Source: an uncultured Bacteroidaceae bacterium (GTDB lineage: Bacteria > Bacteroidota > Bacteroidia > Bacteroidales > Bacteroidaceae). From it: a DNA stretch of 64,000 nt. The stretch is taken from the NCBI GenBank assembly GCA_905235575.1, contig CAJOLZ010000010.1, positions 13,186 through 77,185 of the forward strand, read 5' to 3'. The notes beneath the pieces are model-generated. The model was not told where the DNA came from and searched no databases. It worked only from the letters and a program-made list of their open reading frames with translations. This document shows, piece after piece, positions 17,313 through 27,308 of the stretch. Every line of letters starts with the position of its first letter. The stretch's first letter is position 1. Made by a program: the position numbers and the translations under genes.

Positions 17313-18653
17313 TCACGACTCGGCTGTCGGTTCATTCTGCTGACCTATCTTACGCAGCTCTTCTTTGGTGCGGCGCGAGGTGGGCAACGTCTCGACCATC
17401 GAGATAATCTCATCGTTATCCAACTGGTCGTCCTCGAAAATGTATGCGTTGTACTGGTGACGTATGGAGGAAGTAACCACGCCGCTGTAGAGCGTCGCAA
17501 TGTAGTTATCACGACGCAGCTGAGCCTCCTCATCGATACTTGCCTCGGCCAGTCTCTTCGGGTCCATCATTTCTGGCATTCCCGGCACGTTCTCGAGCCC
17601 GAAACCAGTAGCCAGCAGCGTTATCTTGACCTTGCTGCCAAGCGAACTGTCGGTGGCAAGCCCCCACTTGGTTTCGACGTCCTTGCGGAACTTGCTCATG
17701 AAGTCGTTCACCTCGTTCATTTCCTCCATCATCAGACTTCCACTCTCGTTGTCGTCACAGAAGTTGATGTTGAGCAGAACCTTGCGCGAGTTGAAGATGT
17801 CGTTGTTGTTGAGGAGCGGGCTGTTGAGTGCCTCACTGATGGCCTTCGTGACGCGGTTTTCGCCCTCGCCGTAACCTGTACTCATGATGGCCACACCACC
17901 GTCCTTGAGCACGGTGGTAACATCTTGGAAGTCGAGGTTTATGATGCCACGCATGGTGATGATTTCAGCAATGCTCTTTGCGGCGATGCTGAGCGTATCG
18001 TCTGCCTTTGCAAAGGCATTGACGAGTGTCAGCTCAGGATAAATCTCACGCAGGCGTTCGTTGTTGATGACCAGCAATGCGTCTACATGTTTAGCAATCT
18101 CCTCGACGCCATCAAGTGCCTGATTGATTTTCTTGAGACCCTCGAAGCGGAAGGGGATGGTGACAATACCCACAGTGAGAATGCCTGCATCCTTGGCACA
18201 CTGCGCTATGATGGGGGCTGCACCAGTGCCGGTTCCACCGCCCATTCCGGCAGTAATGAAGACCATGCGTGTGCCGTCATTGAGCATCTGTTTGATTTCA
18301 TCCAGACTCTCCTCGGCTGCCTTCTTTGCCTTCTCGGGAACGTTGCCAGCCCCAAGTCCATCGGGACCTAACTGCAGATGATTGGGCACAGGTGAATCTT
18401 CAAGTGCTTTCTTATCCGTGTTGCACACCACGTAGGTGACGTCGTGAATGCCTTCGCGATACATGTGGCTCACGGCATTTCCACCGCCACCGCCTACACC
18501 CACGACCTTGATGATGCACGGGTTGGGATTCTTCTTTTCAGGGAAATTGATAGGTAATCCCTTACTGCCCAGAATGGAGTTGTTTTCTGTGTCTCGGGTG
18601 TGAGTTGGGAAGTTGAACCCAAGTCCGCCACTATTGAATTTAGAATCTTGCAT
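17313..18653 (-). CDS. ftsZ: cell division protein FtsZ
   Basis: 446-aa ORF with tubulin/FtsZ signatures VVGVGGGGGNAV and GMGGGTGTGAAPIIA. Confidence 0.95.
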   Translation of the reverse strand: MQDSKFNSGGLGFNFPTHTRDTENNSILGSKGLPINFPEKKNPNPCIIKVVGVGGGGGNAVSHMYREGIHDVTYVVCNTDKKALEDSPVPNHLQLGPDGLGAGNVPEKAKKAAEESLDEIKQMLNDGTRMVFITAGMGGGTGTGAAPIIAQCAKDAGILTVGIVTIPFRFEGLKKINQALDGVEEIAKHVDALLVINNERLREIYPELTLVNAFAKADDTLSIAAKSIAEIITMRGIINLDFQDVTTVLKDGGVAIMSTGYGEGENRVTKAISEALNSPLLNNNDIFNSRKVLLNINFCDDNESGSLMMEEMNEVNDFMSKFRKDVETKWGLATDSSLGSKVKITLLATGFGLENVPGMPEMMDPKRLAEASIDEEAQLRRDNYIATLYSGVVTSSIRHQYNAYIFEDDQLDNDEIISMVETLPTSRRTKEELRKIGQQNEPTAES

Positions 18654-18677
18654 AGTTCTGATGTTTTTCGGGGTTTG

Positions 18678-20012
18678 TTAATCTTCCGGTTCCTCGAAGA
18701 GCTTACTCACTTTATCCCACAGCCGGCTCAGTTTCTTACCAGTTCCTTCACCTGGCGCTTTCTTGGGTTCATCGGTCGTTTCTTCCTGATTCTCCAGAGC
18801 AGTCTCTGTGGTTATTTCAGAGGCTCCGAAGTCTATTTCTTCCTGAACACCGTCGGAAGATTCACCGACGCACGATTGGTCGCCATGCTGCAAGAGGGCC
18901 ATCAGGGTGTACAGTGTGTCGGGCTCAGCTATGTTGAGACCGTGTGCAAGTTTGACATTGGTGGGGAGTCCCTTTACGACACGAATGAGCTTGTCGCTGT
19001 GGGTATGTTTTCCGAAGCCTTCGGCCAAGTCTTTCACACGGGCTGCACCTCCAGTAAATACGATGCCGGAAAGAAGTCGTTCGCTGCGACCATCTATCTG
19101 TTTCCATATATTCAGGAAGATTTCTTCGTAACGTGCCTCGATTATTTCTTGCAGGGAGAGTTCGTCGATGCTGCGGCTATGGCTCAACGAGATGCTGTTG
19201 ACACCTTGTTTGCCCGGTTCGCTCCGATATGCCGTACCATACTTCAACTTCAATGTCTCGGCCTCGTCGGTCTCGATGCTGTTGCTTGCGATGTCGGACG
19301 TGACAGTGCTTCCGCCCAGAGGAATGACACAAAGGTGACGCAAGATGCCGCGGTCGTAGACAGAAACAGTTGTCGTCTCGCCGCCCATGTCGACCAATGC
19401 ACAACCGGAGATCTTCTCGCTGCTCGACAGTAACGTGTCGGCCAGACATAGCGGCGAGATGAGCAGTTCTGCCAACTCGAAGCCTGCATCGTGGACACAC
19501 TTTTCGATATTCTCCTTCAAGTTGGTACGCGCCAGCACATTCAGGAAATTGGCTTCGATGCTGTCGCCCTGCATACCCACAGGGTCGGCAACCTGACGAT
19601 TGGCGATGCGATACTCCTGCGGAATCATGTCGAGAATCTCCGAACCTGCGTAGGTCACAGCTCCGTTGGCATCCTTCATCTCGTCTATAATCTGATGAGT
19701 GATGTGTGTCTTCTCGGTGAACTGACGTGTCACCACATTCTGCTTGCTGCGCAACGACTGTCCGGAGAGACCCACATAGATGCTTTTGGTGTGGATGTTC
19801 AGTTTGTCGTTGATTTGGCGTACTGCCTGACGAATGGTCTGTGTGGTCTTGTCAATGTTGTCTACAACACCCTTGTGAATCGTGTTGGCAGCCTCTTCCT
19901 GAACCACAGCAAGAATCTGCACAGACCCGTCGGGCTCTTTCCGACCTGCGATAGCTCGGATGGCAGTGGAGGCCAGCTCCACGGCAACGATGATGTCCTT
20001 CTCTGCTCCCAT
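18678..20012 (-). CDS. ftsA: cell division protein FtsA
   Basis: 444-aa actin-like ATPase (VDMGGETTTVSVY, GGSTVTSDIA, FTGGAARVKDL). It sits between ftsQ and ftsZ. Confidence 0.9.
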   Translation of the reverse strand: MGAEKDIIVAVELASTAIRAIAGRKEPDGSVQILAVVQEEAANTIHKGVVDNIDKTTQTIRQAVRQINDKLNIHTKSIYVGLSGQSLRSKQNVVTRQFTEKTHITHQIIDEMKDANGAVTYAGSEILDMIPQEYRIANRQVADPVGMQGDSIEANFLNVLARTNLKENIEKCVHDAGFELAELLISPLCLADTLLSSSEKISGCALVDMGGETTTVSVYDRGILRHLCVIPLGGSTVTSDIASNSIETDEAETLKLKYGTAYRSEPGKQGVNSISLSHSRSIDELSLQEIIEARYEEIFLNIWKQIDGRSERLLSGIVFTGGAARVKDLAEGFGKHTHSDKLIRVVKGLPTNVKLAHGLNIAEPDTLYTLMALLQHGDQSCVGESSDGVQEEIDFGASEITTETALENQEETTDEPKKAPGEGTGKKLSRLWDKVSKLFEEPED

Positions 20013-20038
20013 ATATATATTCTGTTTATGTTTATTTC

Positions 20039-20764
20039 TTACTTAGTGCACACTATCTGTCCGTCAAAAGCGAGGTTGATGGTCTTGTATTTGTTCCAGC
20101 CCACCTCGGGCAGTCCTTTCCGATAGAACAGCATGAGACGCTGCAGTTTGTTCTGAATGTTCGATGCGTCGCCCAGGATGATTGTATGGTTTCCTACGCG
20201 CGGATAGGCTTCAATCTGATATTCCGAGGGCACGTGTATCTGCTGTATCTGCTTGCTCCAGAAGTCGTCTTCGTAGATGTATTGTGCCAAGGGGATGAGC
20301 TTCGTGCGTGCAAACTCGCGGCTGATGCGTCCCGTGGCGACACATAGGTCGGCATTGACGGTGTCGACGGGCATCAAGACACCTTTGCTGTCGAGGTAGT
20401 AGTCATCGCCATTTTGAGCCATGACGTGCAGTATGGGGTGCTGTGCCCTCACCTGTATGCAGAGTTTTCCGCTACCGGTGTAGTAGCAGTGAACCGTATC
20501 GATGTAGGCATTCACCTGCAGGAGGCTCTCCACCTGAGCCAGGTCTATCTCGCTGAGGGGCATGCCCTCGGCGTAAATCTTGTTTTTCCTGAGCATGCCA
20601 TGAATGTCGTCTTCTGTGATGATTTTCGAGGTGATGGTATCTGTGAAGGAGACCACCACCCCCTCGCACGTCACCTCTTCGGAGGGGCGTGAGAGTTTTA
20701 TGACGGCAAATATCATATAGCCGAATATACACAGCAGCAGGACAATCTTGATGGCAGTTTTCAT
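20039..20764 (-). CDS. ftsQ: cell division protein FtsQ
   Basis: 241-aa ORF with an N-terminal TM anchor (IVLLLCIFGYMIFAVI) followed by a POTRA-like region. The position in the dcw cluster supports the call. Confidence 0.8.
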   Translation of the reverse strand: MKTAIKIVLLLCIFGYMIFAVIKLSRPSEEVTCEGVVVSFTDTITSKIITEDDIHGMLRKNKIYAEGMPLSEIDLAQVESLLQVNAYIDTVHCYYTGSGKLCIQVRAQHPILHVMAQNGDDYYLDSKGVLMPVDTVNADLCVATGRISREFARTKLIPLAQYIYEDDFWSKQIQQIHVPSEYQIEAYPRVGNHTIILGDASNIQNKLQRLMLFYRKGLPEVGWNKYKTINLAFDGQIVCTK

Positions 20765-22299
20765 TAGGCAGTCAGTATTTTCGTGATTTCGTCAGCATAG
20801 TTCTCGATATCGCCTGCGCCAAGTGTGACGAGGACGTCGAAGCCACCCTGCCGCACGATGTCGAGCACTTCGTCCTTGCGACACATGCAGCGGTCGATGC
20901 CCGGGCGCAGGTTGTCATAGATGAGTTTACTGGTAACACCCGGTATCGGTTCTTCGCGTGCCGGGTATATATCGACCAGTGCGACATCGTCGGCCAGCGA
21001 GAGCGCCTCGGCAAACTCGCGGTAGAAGTCGCGTGTACGGGTATAGAGGTGCGGCTGGAATATCACTTTTATCCGTCTATCCTCGTAAAGTTGGCGTATG
21101 CTGATCAGGCTCTGGCGTATCTCGGCCGGATGGTGGGCATAGTCGCTCAGATAGGCCATGCGGTCGGTTCTCACATGGAAGTCGAATCTGCGGTCCACGC
21201 CTCTGAACGAAGCCATGGCACTGCGAATCTCGTCTTCTCCGGCACCGGCCACCTGAGCCAACGCCATGGCTGCTATTCCGTTCTCGATGTTGACAGCCAC
21301 GGGCACACCGAGCTGTATGTCGGCGATATTACCGAACGGAGAGACGAGGTCGAAGACAATCTCGCCATGGCCGATACGGATATGTTCGGCATGAAAATCG
21401 CCCTGGTCCTGGCTGTATGTATAGGTGGTCACACCATCTTGCGTGGCTGGCTGCATCTTCAGCCCCGTGTGCAGGATGAGGAAACCGCCGGGCTGGATGA
21501 GACTGCTGTAGTGGCGGAAACTTTCCAGATATGCTTCTTCGGTGCCGTAGATATCCAGATGGTCGGCATCGGTGGCTGTGATGACCGATGCATAGGGTGA
21601 AAGCCAGTGGAAGGAGCGGTCGAACTCGTCGGCCTCGATGACCACATAAGGACTGTGCTGACTCAGAATATAATTGGTGCCGTAGTTCTTGGTGATTCCA
21701 CCGAGGAAGGCGTTGCAGTCCACATGGCTCTGGTGCAGCAGATGGGCCGCCATGCTGCTGGTGGTGGTCTTTCCGTGGGTGCCTGCCACACAGAGGCCTT
21801 TCAGCGACCGGGTGAGCAGCCCCAGCACCTGGGCACGCTTCTGAATCTCGAACCCGTTCTGGCGGAAATATACCAACTCGGCATGTTCGGCCGGAATGGC
21901 CGGTGTGTAGATGACGAGCGTCTGTTCGCGCTCCAGGCATGCCGTGGGAATCAGCCCTACATTCTCCTCGTAGTGGATGTCGGCGCCTTCCTGACGGAGT
22001 TTCTCCGTGAGTTCGCTGGGGGTTTTGTCATAGCCTCCCACGACGATGCCCTGGTGCAGGAAATATCGGGCAAGGGCACTCATGCCGATGCCGCCGATGC
22101 CAACGAAATAGACAGCCTTTATTCCGAGACTTGCGTCGGGGGCTGTTTTGTCGCACTGTGGTGCGTCGTCTGTCGCAACGTGGTGCGACGCCTGTCGCAG
22201 CGTGGTGCGTTGCCCGTCGCAGCGTGGTGCGTTTTCGAGGGGACTGACGGGCTGTTGCTCCGCCGGGCGTTCCGGGTTTATGGTCGAGAGATGTGACAT
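20764..22299 (-). CDS. murC: UDP-N-acetylmuramate--L-alanine ligase, with a roughly 60-aa N-terminal extension partly encoded by a repeat element
   Basis: Mur ligase motifs YFVGIGGIGMSALARYF and VAGTHGKTTTSSM. The ATG at 22299 lies 4 nt after the murG stop. There is no in-frame ATG/GTG/TTG between it and the Rossmann motif. Residues ~22-50 (ENAPRCDGQRTTLRQASHHVATDDAPQCD) come from repeat locus D. Confidence 0.85.
   Translation of the reverse strand: MSHLSTINPERPAEQQPVSPLENAPRCDGQRTTLRQASHHVATDDAPQCDKTAPDASLGIKAVYFVGIGGIGMSALARYFLHQGIVVGGYDKTPSELTEKLRQEGADIHYEENVGLIPTACLEREQTLVIYTPAIPAEHAELVYFRQNGFEIQKRAQVLGLLTRSLKGLCVAGTHGKTTTSSMAAHLLHQSHVDCNAFLGGITKNYGTNYILSQHSPYVVIEADEFDRSFHWLSPYASVITATDADHLDIYGTEEAYLESFRHYSSLIQPGGFLILHTGLKMQPATQDGVTTYTYSQDQGDFHAEHIRIGHGEIVFDLVSPFGNIADIQLGVPVAVNIENGIAAMALAQVAGAGEDEIRSAMASFRGVDRRFDFHVRTDRMAYLSDYAHHPAEIRQSLISIRQLYEDRRIKVIFQPHLYTRTRDFYREFAEALSLADDVALVDIYPAREEPIPGVTSKLIYDNLRPGIDRCMCRKDEVLDIVRQGGFDVLVTLGAGDIENYADEITKILTA
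22150..22237 (+). repeat. 22-bp-periodic palindromic repeat element (locus D), inside the murC 5' coding region
   Basis: Four direct 22-nt units: GTCGCACTGTGGTGCGTCGTCT|GTCGCAACGTGGTGCGACGCCT|GTCGCAGCGTGGTGCGTTGCCC|GTCGCAGCGTGGTGCGTTTTCG. The T-rich end is on the strand antisense to the dcw transcript. Confidence 0.9.
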
Positions 22300-22303
22300 G
22301 CGC

Positions 22304-23422
22304 TTACTGTTTGTTTGCAAGTTTCATAACCTCGTCGGCGATGATGCGTGCCGAGTCCTTGTATGCCATCTGATAGGCATGCTCGCCCAACGACTTGAGT
22401 TTGGCTGCGTCTTTCACCGTTCTTATGGCCAACGTGATGAGTTTCTCTTTCGCCTCGGAATCCTTCACCATAAGCGCAGCGCCCTTCTCCGTCAGGGCCA
22501 TGGCATTGTGCGTCTGATGGTCCTCTGCCACGTTGGGGCTGGGGACGAGGATGGCGGGTTTGCCCAACAGACAGAGTTCGCTGATGCTGCTGGCTCCGGC
22601 ACGGCTGATGACGAGGTCGGCCGCACAGTAGGCGTGGTCCATCTTACTGATGAAATCGGTGACATAGAGGTTGTCGGGCTTACCTTTTCTGGCCAGTTCC
22701 TCCTTGATGCTCTGGCTGTAGTATCCTCCTGTCTGCCAGATAAACTGTATGGGAGCCTGGGCTATGGCGTTCAGGTTGTGCAGCACACTCTGGTTCAGGG
22801 TGCGTGCGCCCAGACTTCCTCCCACCAGGAGAATGGTGGGAATGCCCGGGCTCAGGTTGAATGTGGCTGCCGATTCCTGACGGGTGAGGTTGGGAGAGAG
22901 CAGATTCTGTCTGACCGGATTACCCGTGATGAGAATCTTGTCTGCGGGGAAGAATCGTTCCATCCCTTCGTAGGCGACGCATATTTTCTCAGCCTTGTTT
23001 GCAAGTTTCTTATTCGTAAGGCCTGCAAAACTGTTCTGTTCCTGAATGAGGCACGGAATGCCCAGCTCGTAGGCTGCCTCGAGCGTGGCTGAACTGGCAT
23101 ATCCTCCCACACCCACAGCGACCTGCGGCTTGAACTGGCACAGTTTCTTCTTAATCTTCCATTTGCTGTAGACGTAGTTGATGATTACTCCGATGTTGCC
23201 CGGTTTCCAGAACGGACGCAACAGTCCGCGCAAGGGCAGGCCGATTATCTCGTAGCCCGCAGCGGGCACACGCTGCATCTCCATCCTGCCTTCGGCACCC
23301 ACAAAGAGTATCTCAGCCTCGGGATTTATCTCCTTTATGGCATTTGCGATGCTGACTGCCGGAAAGATGTGTCCGCCCGTGCCTCCACCGCTTATTATTA
23401 TTCTTAGATTCTTCTCTGCCAT
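22304..23422 (-). CDS. murG: undecaprenyldiphospho-muramoylpentapeptide beta-N-acetylglucosaminyltransferase
   Basis: 372-aa ORF with the GT28 N-terminal motif IISGGGTGGHIFPA and C-terminal ISRAGASSISEL. Confidence 0.95.
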   Translation of the reverse strand: MAEKNLRIIISGGGTGGHIFPAVSIANAIKEINPEAEILFVGAEGRMEMQRVPAAGYEIIGLPLRGLLRPFWKPGNIGVIINYVYSKWKIKKKLCQFKPQVAVGVGGYASSATLEAAYELGIPCLIQEQNSFAGLTNKKLANKAEKICVAYEGMERFFPADKILITGNPVRQNLLSPNLTRQESAATFNLSPGIPTILLVGGSLGARTLNQSVLHNLNAIAQAPIQFIWQTGGYYSQSIKEELARKGKPDNLYVTDFISKMDHAYCAADLVISRAGASSISELCLLGKPAILVPSPNVAEDHQTHNAMALTEKGAALMVKDSEAKEKLITLAIRTVKDAAKLKSLGEHAYQMAYKDSARIIADEVMKLANKQ

Positions 23423-24666
23423 TATTCGTCGTTTCTTGCTGTCGTATCAATGATTTCCAATTCCGGTTCCTTGTATTTCACTTTCTTCTTGGCCGTGTGG
23501 CTCACGCTGAGTATCATGCCGATGTAGGCACAATTGACAAACGTACTCGTGCCACCTTTACTGATTAGCGGGAGCGGTTGGCCGGTGACAGGAATTACTC
23601 CCACGGCCACCGCCATGTTGACCATGGCCTGCACGACCATCATCAAGGCCAGTCCCATGACCAGATAGGCTGGGAACAGGGCCTTGCATTTACTGGCTAT
23701 CTTCATGGCCCTCCACATCAATAACAAGTAGAGGAACATCACAAAAGCCCCGCTGGCAATGCCTCCTTCCTCAATAATGATGGCATAGATGAAGTCGGAA
23801 AAGGCAAGCGGCAGGAAGTCGCGCTGAACCGAGTTTCCAGGCCCCTTGCCCACCACATTGCACGAAGCCACCGCTATGCGTGCATGAGTGGTCTGGACAT
23901 TCTTCTGTGTTATCTTGTAATCCGCAGGATCGTCGGGCAGTTTCTCGTGGTCGGTGATGCGTCCCACCCACACCGGCAGTCGGTGCAGAGGCCCGTCGCT
24001 CTCGCTCCACTTGTCAAGTGTCGTCTTCGGAATGGAGAGTGCAACAGAGAGACCGATGGCAACACCTATCGCAATCAGACCACCGGACCATGCCAGATAT
24101 TTGATGCGGACCTGTGCGATGAAACAGATAAGGAACATCACAACGAAGATGATGGCAGCCGTAGAAGCATTCTCGGTGACGATGAGTGCCAACGTGAATA
24201 CGACCTCCAGAAAGACAATCTTCGTTGCCGTAGGCGAGGCTCCTTTCTCGTCGCGAAGCGTAGCAAGGATGAAGGCTACGAATCCGACAAGGCATATCTT
24301 AGCAATCTCGCTCGGCTGGATGGTCTTTCCTCCGATGTGAATCCAGCGCGCAGCATCGTTGGTAGCCGTAGAGAAAAGTGCGAACACCAGAAGCGGATAG
24401 GCTATCAGATGGAGTGAGAATGTGCTGAGGGCCTTGAATATGTTGCAAGGGAACAGGTGGATGATCCACGTGATGCCAATGCCCACCAAGACATATGTAC
24501 CGTGCTCGATGATGGGGTCCCAATACTGGCCACGCTTGTAGCTCATGCTACTGCTGGCGCTGTAGACCTCAATGATGGAGACCATGCAGAGCAGGATGAA
24601 CACCATCCACACCACCAGGTCGCCCTGTATGAATCCATTCTTCAGAAATCCTTTCCTCAGTGTCAT
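23422..24666 (-). CDS. ftsW: FtsW/RodA/SpoVE (SEDS) family cell division protein
   Basis: 414-aa polytopic ORF with a SEDS motif near the C-terminus (VIPVTGQPLPLISKGGTS). It lies between murD and murG. Confidence 0.9.
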   Translation of the reverse strand: MTLRKGFLKNGFIQGDLVVWMVFILLCMVSIIEVYSASSSMSYKRGQYWDPIIEHGTYVLVGIGITWIIHLFPCNIFKALSTFSLHLIAYPLLVFALFSTATNDAARWIHIGGKTIQPSEIAKICLVGFVAFILATLRDEKGASPTATKIVFLEVVFTLALIVTENASTAAIIFVVMFLICFIAQVRIKYLAWSGGLIAIGVAIGLSVALSIPKTTLDKWSESDGPLHRLPVWVGRITDHEKLPDDPADYKITQKNVQTTHARIAVASCNVVGKGPGNSVQRDFLPLAFSDFIYAIIIEEGGIASGAFVMFLYLLLMWRAMKIASKCKALFPAYLVMGLALMMVVQAMVNMAVAVGVIPVTGQPLPLISKGGTSTFVNCAYIGMILSVSHTAKKKVKYKEPELEIIDTTARNDE

Positions 24667-24696
24667 AGTTCTCTCCGTTTTCTTCTTTATCTGTGA

Positions 24697-26037
24697 CTAC
24701 AAGGCTCTCACAAGTGCCTTGAACTGGTCGCCGCGGTCCTCCATGTTCTTGAACAGGTCGAAACTGGCACAACACGGGCTCAACAACACCGTATCGCCCG
24801 GCTTTGCCATTCTGGCGCAGGCTTCCACACAGTCTTTCATGCTGTGCGTATCAGCCACGGGGATGCCCAGCGAATCAAAGAACTGGTGCAGTTTCGTATT
24901 GTCGGCACCCAAATATACCAGTCCCTTGCATTTCTTCACCACCAGATCCTTGATGGCGTTATAGTCATTTCCCTTGTCACGGCCACCGATGATGAGTATG
25001 GTGGGCGTGGTCATACTCTCGAGGGCATACCAACATGCATCTACGTTGGTGGCTTTCGAATCGTTGATATATTGCACTCCGCCGACACGGGCGACCTTCT
25101 CCAACCGATGCTCCACACCCTCAAAATCGCTCAGACTCTGACGCAAGTTCTCGTCCTTGATGCCGCTCAGATGAGCTGCGATGCCGGCTGCCAGCGAGTT
25201 GTACATATTGTGCTTGCCACTCAGACTCAGCGACTCCTGCTCCATATTGAATGGCGTAGGCCGCTCGATGACGTATTGTCCATCGGAAATGTAGCCAATC
25301 ATACCATTCTTCTCAAGGATACTGAAAGGACACATCTGAGCCCGTATGCCGTATTTCGTCAGTTCACGCTTGATGATGGGATCGTCAGCCCAATAGACAA
25401 AAGCATCGTCTTCGGTCTGGTTCTGCAGGATGCGCATCTTCGAGTCGGTGTATTCCTGCATACCATGATAGCGGTCCAGATGGTCGGGAGTGATGTTGAG
25501 CAGTACGGCGATGTTGGCACGGAAGTCATACATATTGTCCAACTGGAAACTGCTCAGTTCGATGATGTAGTAATCGAACTTCTTTCCCTCGGCAATCTGC
25601 AAGGCCAGACTGCGCCCGATATTGCCAGCCAAACCGACATTGTAACCAGCCTCCTTGAATATATGATAGATGAGACTGGTGGTCGTGGTCTTGCCGTTCG
25701 AGCCTGTCACACATATCATCTTGGCGTGGGTATAACGTCCGGCAAACTCTATCTCACTGATAATGGGAATACCTTTGCTCTTCAGTTTAACCGGTATTGG
25801 CGCATCGTCGGGAATGCCTGGGCTTTTAATCACCTCATCGGCATTCAATATCAATGCCTCCGTATGGTGACCTTCCTCCCATTCAATGCCGTATTGGTTC
25901 AGTGTCTGCTTGTAGCTTTCCTTTATGGTACCCATATCGCTGACAAAGACATCGAAGCCCTTTACCTTAGCCAGCGCAGCAGCACCAACACCGCTCTCAG
26001 CAGCACCCAGTATCACTATCCTCTTCTTCTCTTCCAT
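24697..26037 (-). CDS. murD: UDP-N-acetylmuramoylalanine--D-glutamate ligase
   Basis: 446-aa ORF starting with a Rossmann motif (IVILGAAESGVGAA) and carrying the Mur ligase P-loop VTGSNGKTTTTS. Confidence 0.95.
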   Translation of the reverse strand: MEEKKRIVILGAAESGVGAAALAKVKGFDVFVSDMGTIKESYKQTLNQYGIEWEEGHHTEALILNADEVIKSPGIPDDAPIPVKLKSKGIPIISEIEFAGRYTHAKMICVTGSNGKTTTTSLIYHIFKEAGYNVGLAGNIGRSLALQIAEGKKFDYYIIELSSFQLDNMYDFRANIAVLLNITPDHLDRYHGMQEYTDSKMRILQNQTEDDAFVYWADDPIIKRELTKYGIRAQMCPFSILEKNGMIGYISDGQYVIERPTPFNMEQESLSLSGKHNMYNSLAAGIAAHLSGIKDENLRQSLSDFEGVEHRLEKVARVGGVQYINDSKATNVDACWYALESMTTPTILIIGGRDKGNDYNAIKDLVVKKCKGLVYLGADNTKLHQFFDSLGIPVADTHSMKDCVEACARMAKPGDTVLLSPCCASFDLFKNMEDRGDQFKALVRAL

Positions 26038-26040
26038 CTT

Positions 26041-27306
26041 TTATCTTATCTTCAATGTTACAATGGTCAATGCGGCCATGATAATACTTACAATCCAGAA
26101 ACGTGTGGTTATCTTCGACTCCAACCAGCAACCCTTGGGCCAGTTAATCAGAATGCGGAAATTGGATGGCAACTGACCAGGCTTTACACGGAAAGTGTCG
26201 TGGATGGGAGCACGCTTGAAGACACGCCACTTCAGTCCACGGCGGTTTCCCATCTTAGCATATTGTGTCTGCAGAAGCACACTAATACTCTCCATCAGGA
26301 ATACGAAACACAACAGCGGAATGAGCAATTCCTTGTGAATGATGATGGCCAAGACGGCAATAATGCCACCGATAGCCAGGCTGCCCGTGTCACCCATAAA
26401 GATCTGAGCCGGATAGGCATTATACCAAAGGAAACCAACCAGCGCACCAATAAAGGCACATAGGAATATCACCAGTTCCTGACTACCGGGTATGTACATG
26501 ATGTTAAGGTAACTGGCCATCTCAATATGGCTACTGACATAAGCCAGCACACCCAACGCCACGCACATGATGGCTGAGTTGCCTGCGCACATCCCGTCCA
26601 TACCGTCGTTCAGGTTGCTACCATTGCTGACAGCCATCACGACAAACGTAGTAACAATCACAAAGAGCAGCCATCCTGCTGCACGTTTATACTTTCCACA
26701 GAATCCCATCACCTCGGCATAGCTCAGGTTGTTGTTCTTCAGGAAAGGTATCGTCGTGATGGTACTCTTCACCGGCTCGCTTTTATGAATGACAACATTC
26801 TCGGTCCCATTGCTTGATATGCTTACATTCTCACATACCACAGCATCGGGACTCAGCCATAATGTCAAGCCTATACCAAGTCCCAATACAGCCTGTCCAA
26901 TCAACTTATAGATGGGGCGCATTCCGTCTTTCGACACCTTCATCTTTATGTAGTCGTCGGCAAAACCCAAGAAGGCGAGCCATATCGTTGTGGCAAGCAT
27001 AAGCAACATATAGATATTGCGGAGGCGACCGAACAGCAGGCAGGGCACTACTGTGGCAATAATGATAATGATGCCACCCATTGTGGGAACACCTTTCTTT
27101 TCTACGCCATAAGGATCGATGCTGACATCACGTTGCGTCTCACTGGCATTATGCCGACGCATCCAACGGATAAAGTACTCGCCGAACCACATTGATATCA
27201 GCAGACTGAGCACCAAGGTAAGCACTGCACGGAACGAAATGTAGTGCCAAAGGTTGGCACCTGCAATTCCATATTGGCCCAAATATCTGAAGAAATAGTA
27301 TAGCAT
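26041..27306 (-). CDS. mraY: phospho-N-acetylmuramoyl-pentapeptide-transferase
   Basis: 421-aa polytopic ORF with GT4/MraY motifs GGIIIII, NLNDGMDG, FMGDTGSLAIGG and PIHDTF-like (APIHDTF). Confidence 0.95.
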   Translation of the reverse strand: MLYYFFRYLGQYGIAGANLWHYISFRAVLTLVLSLLISMWFGEYFIRWMRRHNASETQRDVSIDPYGVEKKGVPTMGGIIIIIATVVPCLLFGRLRNIYMLLMLATTIWLAFLGFADDYIKMKVSKDGMRPIYKLIGQAVLGLGIGLTLWLSPDAVVCENVSISSNGTENVVIHKSEPVKSTITTIPFLKNNNLSYAEVMGFCGKYKRAAGWLLFVIVTTFVVMAVSNGSNLNDGMDGMCAGNSAIMCVALGVLAYVSSHIEMASYLNIMYIPGSQELVIFLCAFIGALVGFLWYNAYPAQIFMGDTGSLAIGGIIAVLAIIIHKELLIPLLCFVFLMESISVLLQTQYAKMGNRRGLKWRVFKRAPIHDTFRVKPGQLPSNFRILINWPKGCWLESKITTRFWIVSIIMAALTIVTLKIR

Positions 27307-27308
27307 AA

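Noticed and set aside
22150-22237. I asked whether the 22-bp repeat arrays could be CRISPR arrays.
   Set aside because: The units abut with only ~6 variable nt between cores, so there are no 25-40-bp unique spacers. Arrays have only 3-4 units. Copies are dispersed in both orientations. No cas genes are present in the window.
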